Of a DNA stretch of 64,000 nucleotides, positions 9,401 through 22,866 are shown piece after piece. Under the pieces are notes generated by a model. The model did not search any database. It was not told the DNA's origin and was given only the letters and a program-made list of their open reading frames with translations. Source of the DNA: Vitrella brassicaformis CCMP3155 (taxonomy: Eukaryota > Protista > Chromerida). Position numbers and translations under genes: made by a program. Every line of letters begins with the position of its first letter. Position 1 is the stretch's first letter. Location: the NCBI GenBank assembly GCA_001179505.1, contig CDMY01000179.1, positions 1 through 64,000 on the forward strand, read 5' to 3'.

Positions 9401-12400
9401 TCATCCATCGTCCGTCTGCAGGTCGGGGCAGCAGATGGAGTGGGGCGGCGGGAAGCTCCAGTCCATCTCGTGGAAGGCCACACGCAGCCGACTCCGGGTG
9501 TGCTGGCTGGTCCCGGCCTCCTGGGTGAGGGCCAGCAGGCTCTCGCGCACACGCGTGCACGCCTCTTGCAGCGTGATGGACACACCCTCACACAACACCT
9601 GCACACACAGACACAGACAGACAGACAGACAGACAGACAAAAGAGAGATGTCATGGCTGTGTTGTGTGTCCGTCTCTCGATGATGGCATGGCTCTCTCAG
9701 CTCACGATTGGTGCGTCCTCGAGGAATTCTCCGAGCGGCCCGGCCTCGTCAAGCGCGTCAGCGACCCATTCGATGAGCTTGCCGGTGCTCTTGAGGTCGT
9801 TGGCGCGACCCACCATCAACTTAGGCAGCGTCACGCAACCCCCACCACCCACCGGGCTTCTCTCCTGACCGTTCTCTAGCCCCGTCAGTGTGGTGGACTG
9901 CACGAGTGTCATTCGCGTGTTCTCTGCCAGCTGGTGGTGCACGAGGGCGGCCGTGAAGATTCGCAGAGGGGGGCTGCTGGGGACGGGGAAGAACAGGCCG
10001 AAGGGCACAAGGGGGTCGGCGCTCTCAAGGGCATGCTTTCGACGCGCGTCGCGTGAAACGCCTCTATAAGGACAAGGAGGGGGAGTTCGCGGACGGACAG
10101 GCGAGTGTGCGTGTGTGTGTTGGGGTGCGTGTGTGACTGAGCTGACCTTGGCGAGCTCCAGAGCTTAGATGAAGTGTTGTTGGCTGCGGGTGGCGATGTG
10201 TGTGTGCGAAGGATGAGGTGCTCGATGTCCAGCAGACTCAGCAGACATCCGTCGACGTCCAGCGTGCTCTTGCTGAATGAATGGAACACACACGTCAGTC
10301 AATCGACACAGACACAGGACAGGACAGGAGGCGATCGTTCTTCATCTGTACCTCCCTCTCTCTGTGTACCGACCGTAGTAATGTGGTCCACGAGTGGCTC
10401 CACCCGAGAAAGCCATAGGGGAAGGGACGCACACACACCTGAATATACACACACACACACAGAGGATTATCCATGCCATAGAACATCTAGCAGGTGTCTA
10501 GACATCACTTACGGCAAGGAGGACGCCCAGGTTGTGTGCGTTGAGCCAGAAGGCCAGCCTCTCGTCGTGTGTGAGCGTCGACGGATCCACCCGCTGCAGC
10601 TCGGCACACCGAATCCTTAGCGAAGATACCTTCCTCTGCACACACCGCCCGCACATAAGCACAAATGGGGGGATGTGTAGAGCAGAGCACTCATACCAAC
10701 CAACACCGACCTGGTTGTCGGGGTCGTTCTGCACCTCCCTCCACCTCTTGAGCCGCCAGCCCTCACCCCTCCTCTCGCCCGCAGTGGCCCTCGGCGACTC
10801 AGGTAGCGACACACCGCCCGCAACCGCCATAGCGAAACCAACCCCACTTTCTGATGGTGCTGCCGCTTCTGCATCCCGCCCAGCCGCCTCCTGTTGTCGG
10901 TCCGTCATGGCTTCCTCAAGCCACCGGTGTGTGAGCTCCGCTGCAGACAGCAGCAGCTCAGTCACCACAACTAGTGGGAGGCGACTCGTGCCTGCAAACG
11001 AAAGGGACCCGATGAAATCTGCGCCTAGTGAGTATTGGCAGCGTGCATTCATTCTCACTTTTGCACATTCTGCTTCGGTTGAGGACCGGCGAGTCGACGG
11101 GGAATGCGTACCACTCCACCACCCCCTCTCCCCCGCTATGTGGCGATGTTTCGCTGCCCGGCCAGCCGAGCCCCAAGCCGCCGGCAGCCGACCGACGGCG
11201 AGGTGATGATATGGGGGAGGATGGACGAAGGAGGGAGAGAGGGGGTGGGGAGGGGCTGGAAGGAGCCTCGCGGGCGAGGGCGGCAAGCTGACGGCGAGAA
11301 GACAGCAGCAGTGAGATGAATGCCCTCAACGTGCGTTGGTGTGAATGGGTACCTGGTGGACCTTGGGTCCATACTCCACCACTGCGATGGTCCAAATCAG
11401 CTCTGCAGACCGACAACATACAATATATATGTGTGTCCACATGAATCCTCCACCCTCCCATCCCACCCTGTTGGCTCACCGACAATCTCCCCGATTTGCA
11501 TGGCTTCTTCCTGGACAGCGTGGTCCAGTGCCGTCCCGTCACATGCCGCAGCGTTCAGAGGGAGCCGGGGCACCCGCATCGCCATCGCCATTGCCGTGCT
11601 CCTCACAGATGGCGCAGACGAGATGTGACACGGCCGCATGGACGAACATGATGGCGGTGCGTGTGCGTGGGGGTTGGCGAGCGCTCGGATTTCCTCTAGG
11701 AGGGTGACGAGAGAGGCGACTGAGCTCTCGCTGTGGGACATTTTCTGGCCACACGACAGGGGAAAGGATCGTGTGCAGATCGATGGTGCGATTGGATCTG
11801 ACCTGAATGAGCCGTGAGAGCCGCCACAGTGGCAGAATGGACGGAAGCGGAGGCCACACAGTCAGCAGAAGCCTGCATATGCACCACACAAACATCAAAG
11901 GGTCATTCATCGACATGAAGGAAGAAGTACTTGTTTCTGGACGTGTTCCCTTGACGCACCTGATGACTTCTATAGGTTCAGCGCCCACCCTCTCCATGAG
12001 GTGGCACGCCATCCCCAGCACGCTCATCGGCACACTCACAAACTGATGGCCCCCGTCGTCACCGCTCGCACACCGCTCCACAGCCGCCAGCAGGTCAGGG
12101 ATGGCACGAACCCACGGAGAGGGCGATGGCGACCGCGACGGAGATGCCTCCGCAGCTGCTCTGCCGTCTTCTGGCGTGTGGCGACCTCGGTCAAGCGCCT
12201 CAAGACGCGTGTGGCCTCGGCGAAGATGACCGCCAGATGCACGGAGGGCGCTGTCAAAGGACAAACAACACATGCGTGTTTTGTAGATGAGTGCGTGTTC
12301 GTGTGGGTGCGTACCTGACGAACAGGTGGGGCAGTGGGTGCTGGTAGTGCTCATCATCCTGGCCGCCTCTCTTGTTGACAGCAGCAGCGGCAGCTGGCAG

Positions 12401-15400
12401 GTTGTCACACAACGACTCCTTGCGATTATTGACAGGGAAGGGGGGAAGTGGGGTAGTGGGGGTCGTGTCGTCAACCGCCGGCAGCAGATGGGGGCTGGAA
12501 TGAAGACGCAACATGAACCGCTCCATCCTTCGGGGCTGTCTGCGACCACCCAAAGGCGCCATCGGTGATCGTGGTGGGATCTGTATGGGCGGCGGGGGAC
12601 GGATCTGCCTTGTGGGTGGAGAAGGTGACTGCGGCTCTTGTGCAGCAGAGGGGAGAGGAAGCGGCGGGTTGGGCGCCCAGTGATAACCCAGCACCTGACA
12701 CACACACAGGCAAGGAGACAATGAGACATGAAGGACGTTCGTCGCATGCATGGCACGGCACGCCTACCTGCACATTGGGGTCATCCCTTGCGGCCGTCGT
12801 TATCCCCATCAGGGGGTCTGGTCCATCATCCTCCCCTCCACCCGTGTCTTTCTCTCGCCTCCTCTCCTTCCTGGGCGAGAGATGCAGCCGACCCACATCC
12901 CGCTCGCCTCTCTTCTGCTTCGCCGCCTCGGTGTCACCAGACGACCAAAACAGATGCAGCTCCACACGTGGGGGCGGGTCGGGCGGTGGGCAAGGCGAGA
13001 TGGGGTCGTCCAGTGGCTCGTCATTGCGCAGCAGTAGCAGTGCACCGGTCCATGATGGTTGGCTGGGCGGTGGTGGTAACGGGGTGGCGGGGAGGAACGC
13101 ATCGAGTGACGACCACCGACGGGTGACCGTGACATGCGGCTGAGGTGGCGAGGGTGGGGTAGAACGCGAGTCGGTCTCGTCTCCTTTCTCTCTCTCGACG
13201 AGTCGCCTCCCGTGCGCCAGGGCACTTTTCAGAAACGACATCCGAAGCCCCTCAGGATATGCCGAGCCGGCGCCTGCTCTCCTCTGGTCGCAATGGTCGT
13301 CCTTCATGCTGGGCGGCCTGGGGAAGGGCGGCAGTGGTGGGACCTGTGTGAGATGTGTGGCTGCCAGCTCTGGGTAGATGGATGGGAAGTAGTGGTGAAG
13401 ACACAACTCGAAGGACGAGGGGCGAAAAGCCGTCACCGCCTCCAGGAATGCCAACCAGCAGTTGGTCCTGCAAACAAGGCGCGCACGTGCACGGCACATA
13501 CACAGCAACCGATATAGATGCCCTGAGTTCCCTCACCGGAAGAATTCTTGGTAGAACGGCACCACTTCGGGCATCAGCCCATCCACAAACGACTCATAGG
13601 GAAACTCACTAGCACCCCCGCCGGCACCCCACCCCCTGCAGTCATCCCTCAGGCCGCGGCGCACCACATCACACCCATCCGTGAAGCTCGACCGCTCACG
13701 CAGCAGAGGGGGCGACGGCGGTGAGGGCGGCGCGGGCAGACCGGAGGGGAGAGATGGCCGGGGAGATGAGCGCGGTGACGACACGGATGATGGAGGATGG
13801 TCGAGCGCATAGAAGACGTCTTGCAGGAGCTCGCCAGTGAACTTAAGGAAAGCCAGGCGCACGTATGCGTTGAAGTGGGGCTGGCACTGGTCGTCTGCGG
13901 GGAGAGGGGGCGGGGGCGGCAGATACGCGTCCTCCGCAAATGCGCGACCCGATGACCTGAGGTATACACAGATAGAGACATTCATTGTGTTCTGTGCGTA
14001 CGTACGCATGTGACACAGGCTTACGAGGGAGTCGGTGTGACAGCGGATGGGATGCGCCGTCTGGGTGCTGCCGCGGGTGTGGGTGAGAGCTCAGGGCTCC
14101 CCAGATGGCTGGACGACGGTGCGAATGAGCTATGGGTGGGGGAGGAATCCTCCACCACATTGTTTACATGCTCGTGATGGTGGCTCGATGCGGCTCCCAC
14201 AACGGGCGATGGGTCAGCCAAGTCCAGCCGGTCGATGAACGGCATGCACACGGCCTGATACAATGAAATGCCGGCACAGAGTCATACAACGCGGGCATCT
14301 TCATCCAGCCACCCACCCTTTCACAGGCATCCCATCCCACCTGCAGCGCCCCGATCAGGTCATTCTCAGCCCTTTTGGGCATGCTGGGCACGTCTGCGAG
14401 CGCGGGCTGCCCAGGCGGAGACACCACGGCACCCCCGTCTAGGTCGAACAGGATGTAGTCGCACTGCGGCGAGCCGTCGAAAGAGATTGCACTGCCGAAT
14501 GTGTGTGGGAGGTGCGCTCCAGGTGTCTTCAGGTAGCCGTAGAAGAATGGCGGGGGAGCCTACGGAACGAGACGAGGGAGGGGAGCTCGGTAGGTAGGTG
14601 TGTTCTCTTCTGTCTGTCTGTGCTGGCTCTCTGCTGACCTACCTCTAGGAGCTCTGCTCGATGGACGATGGGCATGTAGCTGTGCTGCCTGGCACACCAA
14701 CATCACGCTGAATTGCAGTGTGTGTACGTGGTCGTCTCCTTCCGTACCAATGGAAAGGATACAGCAGTGCCTTGGCGGTTTCGGCTGCACACGTGAGCAA
14801 GTGCGCTGACCGCGACGCCAGTACCACCTACAGCACACACACACAGACACACACATTTGCTGCTTTGAGCGATTAACGACATGTATATGAAGGTCTCACT
14901 TTGCGTTCCAGCAGCAGCAGCTTCATGAGGAAGTACACAGCCGACACCGACAGACATCTGCACACACGTGTGTGCCACAGCAAGGAGGTACACACGCTGG
15001 CGGTACGCAATTGGTGGCCGTGTTGGTATATGTCACCTGAAGAGGAGCTGCATGGGCAGGTCGCACAGTGGCAGCTCCCAGGGAAAAGGCTGCTCCACGC
15101 CAAACGAACCGTCATCTGCACACACCACAAATGCACAAATGCATATCCAATCCATTCCCTTGGCAGAGCTTGTGACTTACCGATATGCATGACGACCGAC
15201 GTCCCCGGCGCAGGAGAGGGCACGTCCAACAGCCAATGCAGACACGCCACCCATCCAGCCACCTTTTGCCGATACCAAAGGCCATACGCACCATCTCCGT
15301 CCGTCTGTGCCTGTCCTCCGCCCCCTTGCTGCTGCTCGTCCTGCTCCTGCTCGTCGAAATGGTGCCAGACATAATGCAGCAGCCGCCTCAGCGTGTGGAG

Positions 15401-16122
15401 CGCATTCACGTGGGAGAGCAGACACAGCACCAGGGGCAGGTAGAGGACGGAAGAGCTGCTGCTGTTGCCGTCCGCTGTGGCTGCGTCATGCTCCTGCTGT
15501 TCTTGTTCCAGTTGCTTGCATGGGAGGTACTGAATGTAGAGGGAAACGTATGTGCGCTGTGTGGCGATGTCGCCGAGGACGACGCACGCCTGCCGGTTGG
15601 GGGGCGGGGCGGCCGAGCGGACGATCTTCAAACCGTGAGGGAAACACAACTGACCGACAGACAGACAGACAGACAGCGGAGGTCCCATGCATGTGTCTGT
15701 GCAGCTGAAACGCGTACCTGCGGTAGTGTGCGTGCTTGTTCCCTGAAAGTGTTGCTGTTTGGCAGGTGTGCCATGACTTGGCCCCTGACGGCCACACTCT
15801 CCCTCTGCTGCTGCCACATCGACGCCAACACATCCTCCAGACCCACTGCGGCCGACGCGAATGACGCCGTCCCGCTGTTGGCCTCGCTCAGCAATGAATC
15901 ATCCCCGTCGGCCGATTCACCATCGCCACATAGCTCGACTGCAGAGGGCACTCCTATCAGTGCCACGCCTCGAATGAGCGACAGGGCTGACAGGATAGAT
16001 AGACACGCAGGAGATGCAGACCGACGGAGATATCGATCATGAATGAACGAATGTGTGAGTGTTTGTGTGTTACGGTTTCTGTTTCTCCATAGCTCCGACA
16101 GGGGGAAGATGGAGGAGTGCAT
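9401..16122 (-). CDS. DENN-domain protein (uDENN-cDENN-dDENN; Rab GEF family) with a C-terminal DUF547 domain, multi-exon
   Basis: uDENN LCFPHGLKI and LYLPLVLCLLSH; cDENN YFLMKLLLLERK, VSRSAHLLTCAAETAKALLYPFHW|QHSYMPIV, APPPFFYG and ILFDLD; dDENN FNAYVRLAFLKFTGELL and FYQEFFR|TNCWLAFLE; DUF547 AELQRVDPSTLTHDERLAFWLNAHN and LSLLDIEHLILR. Exons stitch with GT-AG boundaries. The start at 16122 (MHSSIFPLSELWRNRN|PLSLIRGVALIG) is tentative. Confidence 0.78.
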
Positions 16123-16192
16123 TTTGCATTCGCGACGGGTCAAGTGTAGGGTTTGTGACGTGAAGGGTTTGGGCTTAGCTCGCAGACTGAAA

Positions 16193-19100
16193 ATGGCTTT
16201 GACATACGGCCTTCGGAACTGGGAGGAGAGTCAAGTAGAGACTGCACAGGTGAGAGAAACTGCACTGCAAAGGGACAGAAACAAACAGGCAAAATGTGTG
16301 TTCGTCTGCTTGACTGTCTGACTGTTTGTGATGATCAGTCCTTCCATGAGCATCGCTCCAGTCAGGGGTTTGTGGGTTGGGAGCCACTCAAGCAAGATGA
16401 GGGGCTCAACACATCAACCATTTCGTATGGCACACGCACACTTGCAGACGTGTGTGCCCCGGTTGTTCGTCTGTATCAGGCGTTTTTTCCTCACCGGCGG
16501 ACATCTGCTCAAAAACCAGTCGTTTTACAGGGTGCAGGATGACAACCTCTGGTATGCACACATCTGTAGATACCCGCATGTTTCAAATCTGAAACTGTGA
16601 TCGAATCTTTCTCTCTTGGTGGCAGGAATGACCCTATCCATGCTGGGCCAAAAAGCTGGCGATTCTTTCACGGACCCAACACCATCGCAGGTGCGTGTGT
16701 GTATGGCCTCTGTCCTACTGCATATGGGTGGTGACGTATGAGGTGCAGACGCTCCTTTGCTTGACGAGATCGATAAGACGGCCGTCAAGGAGGACGCATG
16801 GTCGGCACGATGGGTGCACGTACACGCGTCGACCGCCGAGCATTCTGTGCTTTCTATGCGCAGGAAGAGAAAGAGAGAGTTTGTTAACGCTTCGCGGGAG
16901 GTGCGTGTGTATGTCTCTTTGCGAGCCAGGGCACGGCAGAGACAGGCATACTGTGTTCCTCTCGTAGCGGTCTCTCGAGAGGACGGATCAGCGGCGGCAG
17001 GAGAGACATGCAGTACGTCATACACAAAATGCATACCAGAAAAAGAGAGACAAAGCAAGGGTCGTGTGTCTGCGTGCAGCTTGCGACGTGGTCTAGCTGG
17101 GCGCCAACGCCCAAGGGCATCAAGGACATACTGGAGGGGTGAGTATTCATTGCCTGCAGAAACACACACATACTCACTCACTCCAGAAGCCAACAACGCG
17201 GAGGTTACGCGTGTTGTTTGCAGAGTCAATGACTGGACGGACCTGAATTCGATGCCGCCCCGTGCCCTGCAGAAGATCATCACGCCCATGATGCTGCACA
17301 AAGACAGAGGTCTGCCATCACACACTGCAAAATGACCAATGATCAGAATCCTTCACACCGACTTGTTCTGGTCGGGCAGAGGCGATTGAGGTGATTCTGG
17401 ATCGGCTGCAGGACGAGAGAGATCGAGAGGGTGAGCAAGGCAAGGCGCATCTGATACGAAAGTGCAATGGTGCAGATGCCGTTCTTGGTAACGTCAGATC
17501 TGTTGCATCAATGGCGTAACGCTCGTCGCGAGGAGATCCGCACAGACCTCGCTAAGAGGAAAGCATTCAACGACCTGGTGTGTGTTGATGGGCTACTAGG
17601 CGGCGTATATCTATGGATGGATCTATGTACGTGTTTAGCTTGAGGAGCTCTCCGGGCAGTATGGCCGCATGCTCAACGGGTACAAGTATGAGATGCAGAG
17701 AGACACACATACAGCAAACAATCGTGTGGCTTCAGGCATGGCAAGGTGCCTCGTTTGAGCACGCGTCTTAAGCTGCTGGCTCAGCCTAAGGAAGCCAATC
17801 CCCTCGCAGACATACAGGCCATTGGCTGTATGAGAGATTTCAAGTCAGTCACCTCTCTATCCATCCACATGCCCGAAACGCACGTCTCTCTTTGCCTGCC
17901 TGCCTTGATGTCATCAGAGATCTTTTATACGCCGACTACAAGAGTGCGGTGGACGTGTTGCAGCGGCGGTCGCCCCCCGCCCTGCGAGCCCAAATGGGGG
18001 AGATCTCGCCCAATGTAGCTACCATCTTCAAAAAGAGGTGGCAGAAATCCACCACCGGGCTGCCACCGCCACCGGCCGGGCCCAGACCACAGGTCAGTAC
18101 TTCTAGCGATAAAGGATCGAAGGCAGGAGGGAGATATCCACTTGTGCGTCCGGGCTTTCCTTTTATTACTGACTGTGCAGGCAACCCTGAAGCCAGCCAC
18201 TGGTGTCGCGCAGGAGGCCTGGAAAGTAAGAGGAGTGGACACCTCATCCCCCATTCCCAAACAGACAGAGAGAGAGAGAGACATAACGTCTCTCTGTCCA
18301 TGCATGCAGGGTTTGGTGGCCGAGCGCTATGGCTCGACGTATCGCGTTTCAGTGAGCCACACGCCCACGGCCAAGCCGTTCAGACCCTCACAGCCGGGCA
18401 GCGAGGCATCCACCGCCAGACACAAAAGGCAGTCCAGGCAAACCACAGGTCCGCAGACACACACAGAGGTGACAAGCCAGTCTCTGTGTTTCTGCGGGTC
18501 AGCAAGGACAGGTGCGCCGTCACCAGAAATGGACAAGCTTGTCTCAGCCATCGACGTGAGAACTGGATGTAGGGAAGGGAGACACAAAAAACAAATACAC
18601 TGTGGTCGCTGTATGGCTGCAGGCCTTTGAGCAGCAGCTGATGACCATGACAGTCGACACGAAGTGGGAGAAGACATGCCTTGCTTTCATGGATGTGCAG
18701 ACAGACACTTATCTGTGTCTCCTGCCTATGACATCAGATACGGCAATGACTTCAAGTACAAAGCGAAGCGCAACAGCATACCGGTAAGCAGACAGACATA
18801 CATGAATTGGAAGGACCGACACGCACTCAGGCCTTCTGTGGAATGCACGTATGCATGTATGCTTTTCTTGCAGGCTGCCGTGCGTCGCCAGCTGGGACAG
18901 GATGAGCTCATGCGCCACGCGGAGATGGCCCGCATACTCGAAGACTCAGAGACATCGCAGATGATGCAGAACACCGACGACCACACAGACAAACACCCAC
19001 CCTCGCAACCACAGCCACCAGCCGACGACACAAGGCTCGCCAAATTCGACGTGCTGATCCAGCCCTCGGAGCTGCTCAACAGCCACCAGGTGCCCACCAT

Positions 19101-19419
19101 TTCCATGCAAGCGACGCCATTCGGCCTATCAGACGAGCCGATACGGCCGCCAAACCCCCAGCCACCACCAGGCCGGGGATCGCTGGAAAGCACGTCGGTG
19201 GATGCAGTGCCACTGCCATATGGGGTGCACGAGCAGGAGCTTGAGAAATATTCTATCACGGTCGTCCCGTATCCCACGCAAGATGGCGGGGGTGTGGGGG
19301 ACGACGGGACGAGTGGTGTGTACTCGTTTGCTGCTGGTGACGCTGCTGAAGGGAATGGGGAGAGCGATGAAGAAGCGGAAGACGAAGCAGAGGAAGCAGA
19401 GGATGATGATGCTGCGTGA
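16193..19419 (+). CDS. Multi-exon hypothetical protein with an acidic C-terminus
   Basis: Series of + strand GT-AG-bounded exons (MALTYGLRNWEESQVETAQ|, DLLHQWRNARREEIRTDLAKRKAFNDL|LEELSGQYGRMLNG|HGKVPRLSTRLKLLAQPKEANP) ending EAEEAEDDDAA-stop at 19419; no domain recognised. Confidence 0.6.
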
Positions 19420-19739
19420 GCGAGTGCATGTACGATGTGTGCGTTCTCCTGATTGGCTTTCATCCCAGTCGACGGACAGCATCAAATGAATCACCCACTG
19501 TCACGGATTCGGATCGAGACATGACGACGCAACGACGTGTATATCTTGTCCATCCATATAATTGTCTCACAAGCGGTTTGGAGCACTTCGCCCTTCCACA
19601 CTACGCCCGCCTATGTGCGAAACGGGCGTGCCAGGTTCAGCATAGCAAAAGCCTCACTGATATAAAATGTAGGCAGCGGTACCGCAGGCAAGCATGATGG
19701 TCTGTCTCATTAATCAATTGTGAGAATCGCGCCAAGCGT

Positions 19740-21682
19740 TGACCAGCGACAGCACCAGCACCATGCCCGAGCTCGTGCGTGACGGCCCCACGTCACCTCA
19801 CCTCACCCCCACATACATATATACGAGAGAGATAGCTACATACCGTCGCCACACTCAGCCTGACACACCACAGACAGACAGACAGACAGACACACTGGGA
19901 GAGGCATCCTCACACACACAATACACTGTGTGCTCTTGCTGACCTTGAGTGCCGGCATCAGAGCATAGAGCGCCTCGACGAGCGCCTTTGACACGTCATA
20001 CTCAATGACGGCGCCCTCCCCCGCCCGAGAGAACACACCGCACGAGTCTCCACGCCGGCCCGGCCCATCCTGCCCTCCTTGATCCGATGTGCACCCACCC
20101 GCCACATATCACTTGCGATGCTCTCCTACTCATCACCACCGACGCCGCCTCATTGGTGGATGATGCGGTTGATGCGCTCAATGAGTGTGTCGAGGGGCTG
20201 GGTGTAGGGCTCCTCCTGGGGGCTGACGAAGGAGAAGCACTCCTTGGCGATGTACAGGTCGTTCAGCTCCTCTCTGCTGGCCGTCTTCGCCCGCGCCTCC
20301 TCGATGGCCGCGTTGATGGCCTGCATCATGCCGTTGTGCATCTGCTGCTCCATCCGCAGGCCCTCTCCCTCCAGCAGCTTCTTCTTGCCCTCCGTTGACA
20401 TGAGCATGTTCTTGATCTGCCGCTTCGGCACGGACCACACGCTCACGAAGTTGCCCCGGGGATGCGCCTTCTGTCCCGCCCAGCCCTTGAAGCGACTGGC
20501 CAGCCCCTTATAGCCGGCCAAGGCGGCGAACGCCACCCCCACTACCACCCCGTAGCTGTCGGTGTCTTGGTTGGAAGTGCTTGTCTCGGGCGAGAGCGAG
20601 GCGGTAGTTGAGGGGCACGTAGCTGTCGGGGGTGCCCACCTGGCAGTGCAGCCGCTCCGTCGTAACCTCATGGATGCACTCGTGGTCGATGTGCCGAATG
20701 TCGAGGGCCGGCGCGCTCTCAGCGCTGCCCAAAGTGCCGGTGACCATGAGGTTGTCTGGGTGCATGTCGCCATGGAGCAACCTCATCCTCCCGCCCTCCC
20801 GCCGCCACAAAGTGGGTGCCTTGCATGGCACTGCTGGCTTCTCGAGGAGCCATTCGGCACGCAGGGATGGCGACAGCGGGGCGGCGGGCACCAATTGGCG
20901 GGCACGGCGGTCTCAGGGGACAAGGGCGGGCAGGTCAAGGGCTGCTGCAAGTCCCTCGCGAGAGCGAGAGTGTCGAGCAGCGCCTCATGAATGGCGCGAC
21001 GGTTCTTGGCGGCGAATGCGGGCATCAGGGACGGCTTGAGCTTCTTGCCGCCGCCCGGACCGTAGAGACTGGGGGGCTGGAGTGGTGTAGCGGGCTGCAT
21101 TGAGCGCCGTTCGCGCCACGATGACCTCGTTCAGGTCAGGGGCGTCCCGTCCTCTCCGTCCGACTCTTGCAAAACAGATACACACGTGACTTGCATCCGA
21201 AGATATTCCCTCCGTCCTTTCTTGTCATTCCTCCCAATCTCTCTTTCTCGAGCTTACTGAGGGTCTCCACAGCGAAGTACGGGCCCGATAGCTCGAGCTC
21301 TCTGAGCGTCGTCGTCGCTCCTGCGGCCTCCTCGTCGTCACGGCAGCTGGAATTCTTGTCCTTGGGTGGCAGGACTGTGAGTGTGGAGCAGCTGGCTCCA
21401 CATCAGGAGCTCATGGCCTCTCAGCGGCTCCTCTCCCCGATGTTCCTTGAAGCTTGCAAGCCTCAGCTCGTCAGGGACGAGGAAGCGCACCAGGCAGTCC
21501 CTCCCGTCGGTCATCTCCCTCAGTTGCGCCGACCGGCTGCTGAAGAAGTATCGCACCGTGAAGTGCACGTCTGTGATGGGAGGGGGCGGGATGCTGCTGA
21601 AGATGGGGCGGGCGCATGTTAAACGAGTGGTGCCTCGTGAAGGGGATGCCAGTGACGGAGGGGCTGCTGGGAATTGGCGCAC
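19740..21682 (-). pseudogene. Divergent protein-kinase-like locus with at least two reading-frame breaks
   Basis: LLHGDMHPDNLMV (catalytic loop), IDHE (DFG position), VGTPDSYVP (P+1 loop) and, in another frame, DTDSYGVVVG (subdomain IX). The catalytic-loop frame is closed by TGA near 20915 while the alphaE-like AIHEALLDTLALARDL is in a different frame. Confidence 0.62.
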
Positions 21683-22866
21683 TGGCGGGCTCTTCTCTTG
21701 ACAGACGGATTGAAAAAATCGCCAAAAAGAAGTTATGGTTTGGGGTTGTCTCCGTTTCTCGCCGTCTGTGGTCTTTTAATGGGCAGGTATTGGACTTACG
21801 TTATCCGCCAATGTGATGCCCCGGGTGCTGCTGGGACTGCGGATTCCTCATGTGTACTGCCGGTACAGGGTGTCCAGATGGCACTTCAAACCAAGACGGG
21901 CGGCTTCTTTTTCGCTATGTCTCGCCTTGTTTGTACCTGTACTTGAATGTGTGTAATGGGGCTTTACTGATCTTTTCAGCTTGATGCACGACCAGGAGCA
22001 CAGGACATGTCGTCACACCCAAAGCATTTGCCGGTGCATCGGGGCCAAAACGCTCAGATACGCTCAGACTAGTCCATTAAGCTGAGCATGCAAGACGATC
22101 GCGAGGGTAGGGAAGGAGGAAAAGATATACAGACTGACTGTATACACACCAAGGATGGCTAAAAGAGCGAGTCGACCACACCAGAGGCACTGTGTCTCCC
22201 TCATAGACACACACACAGACAGACAGACAGACAGTCGATGTCCCCTCTCCTCCCCTCTGTCTCTCCCTGCAGCCGTGACGCAGACCGCCAAATATACAGC
22301 ACTGACCTACACTGACCTGCCGAATCCGTCAGGCAGATAGTCAGGCAGATCACTACGAGACAAACAAGGTATTGCCAAGCAGCCGTCACGGAATAAAGCA
22401 GCGTGCTCGCTCTCCTCCTCTCTCGCGTCGACCAGTCAGACCAAAGGAAGACATAGGGCAGACAGGGGGGAGTTCGATCGAACCTACTGCAATCGATGAA
22501 GGCGAAGCAGTCACAGTCGACGATGAGGAACGCGTTGCAGACGTCCAAGTTGTCCATCCATAGCTGCCACCGGTGAATCACCGCCGTGTCAGTCAATACA
22601 CAAGCATTCATTTGTCTCCATGTCTCTCTCTGTCTAGTCTCCACATACAAAGGCCATGCACCCGGCCACTCTGTCAGCCCCATCCAAGTCTGTCTGCCTG
22701 TCCGTCTGTCTCGAAGACCAGACCGCTGGCAATGGCGAGTGCGGAAGGCTCTGTCTTACGCTGTCTTTGCGTTCCAAGTGAAAAAAAAACAGTCATATTT
22801 ACACAGTTTTTAATACGCACTCCCTTCTCACAACACCGCCATCCAGCTATCTATCTATCTATCTAC

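Noticed and set aside
22064-22700. Possible small minus-strand multi-exon gene (LWMDNLDVCNAFLIVDCDCFAFIDC; hydrophobic LALLAILGVYTVSLYIF)
   Set aside because: Some splice-like sites exist, but I could not assemble a consistent start-to-stop model.
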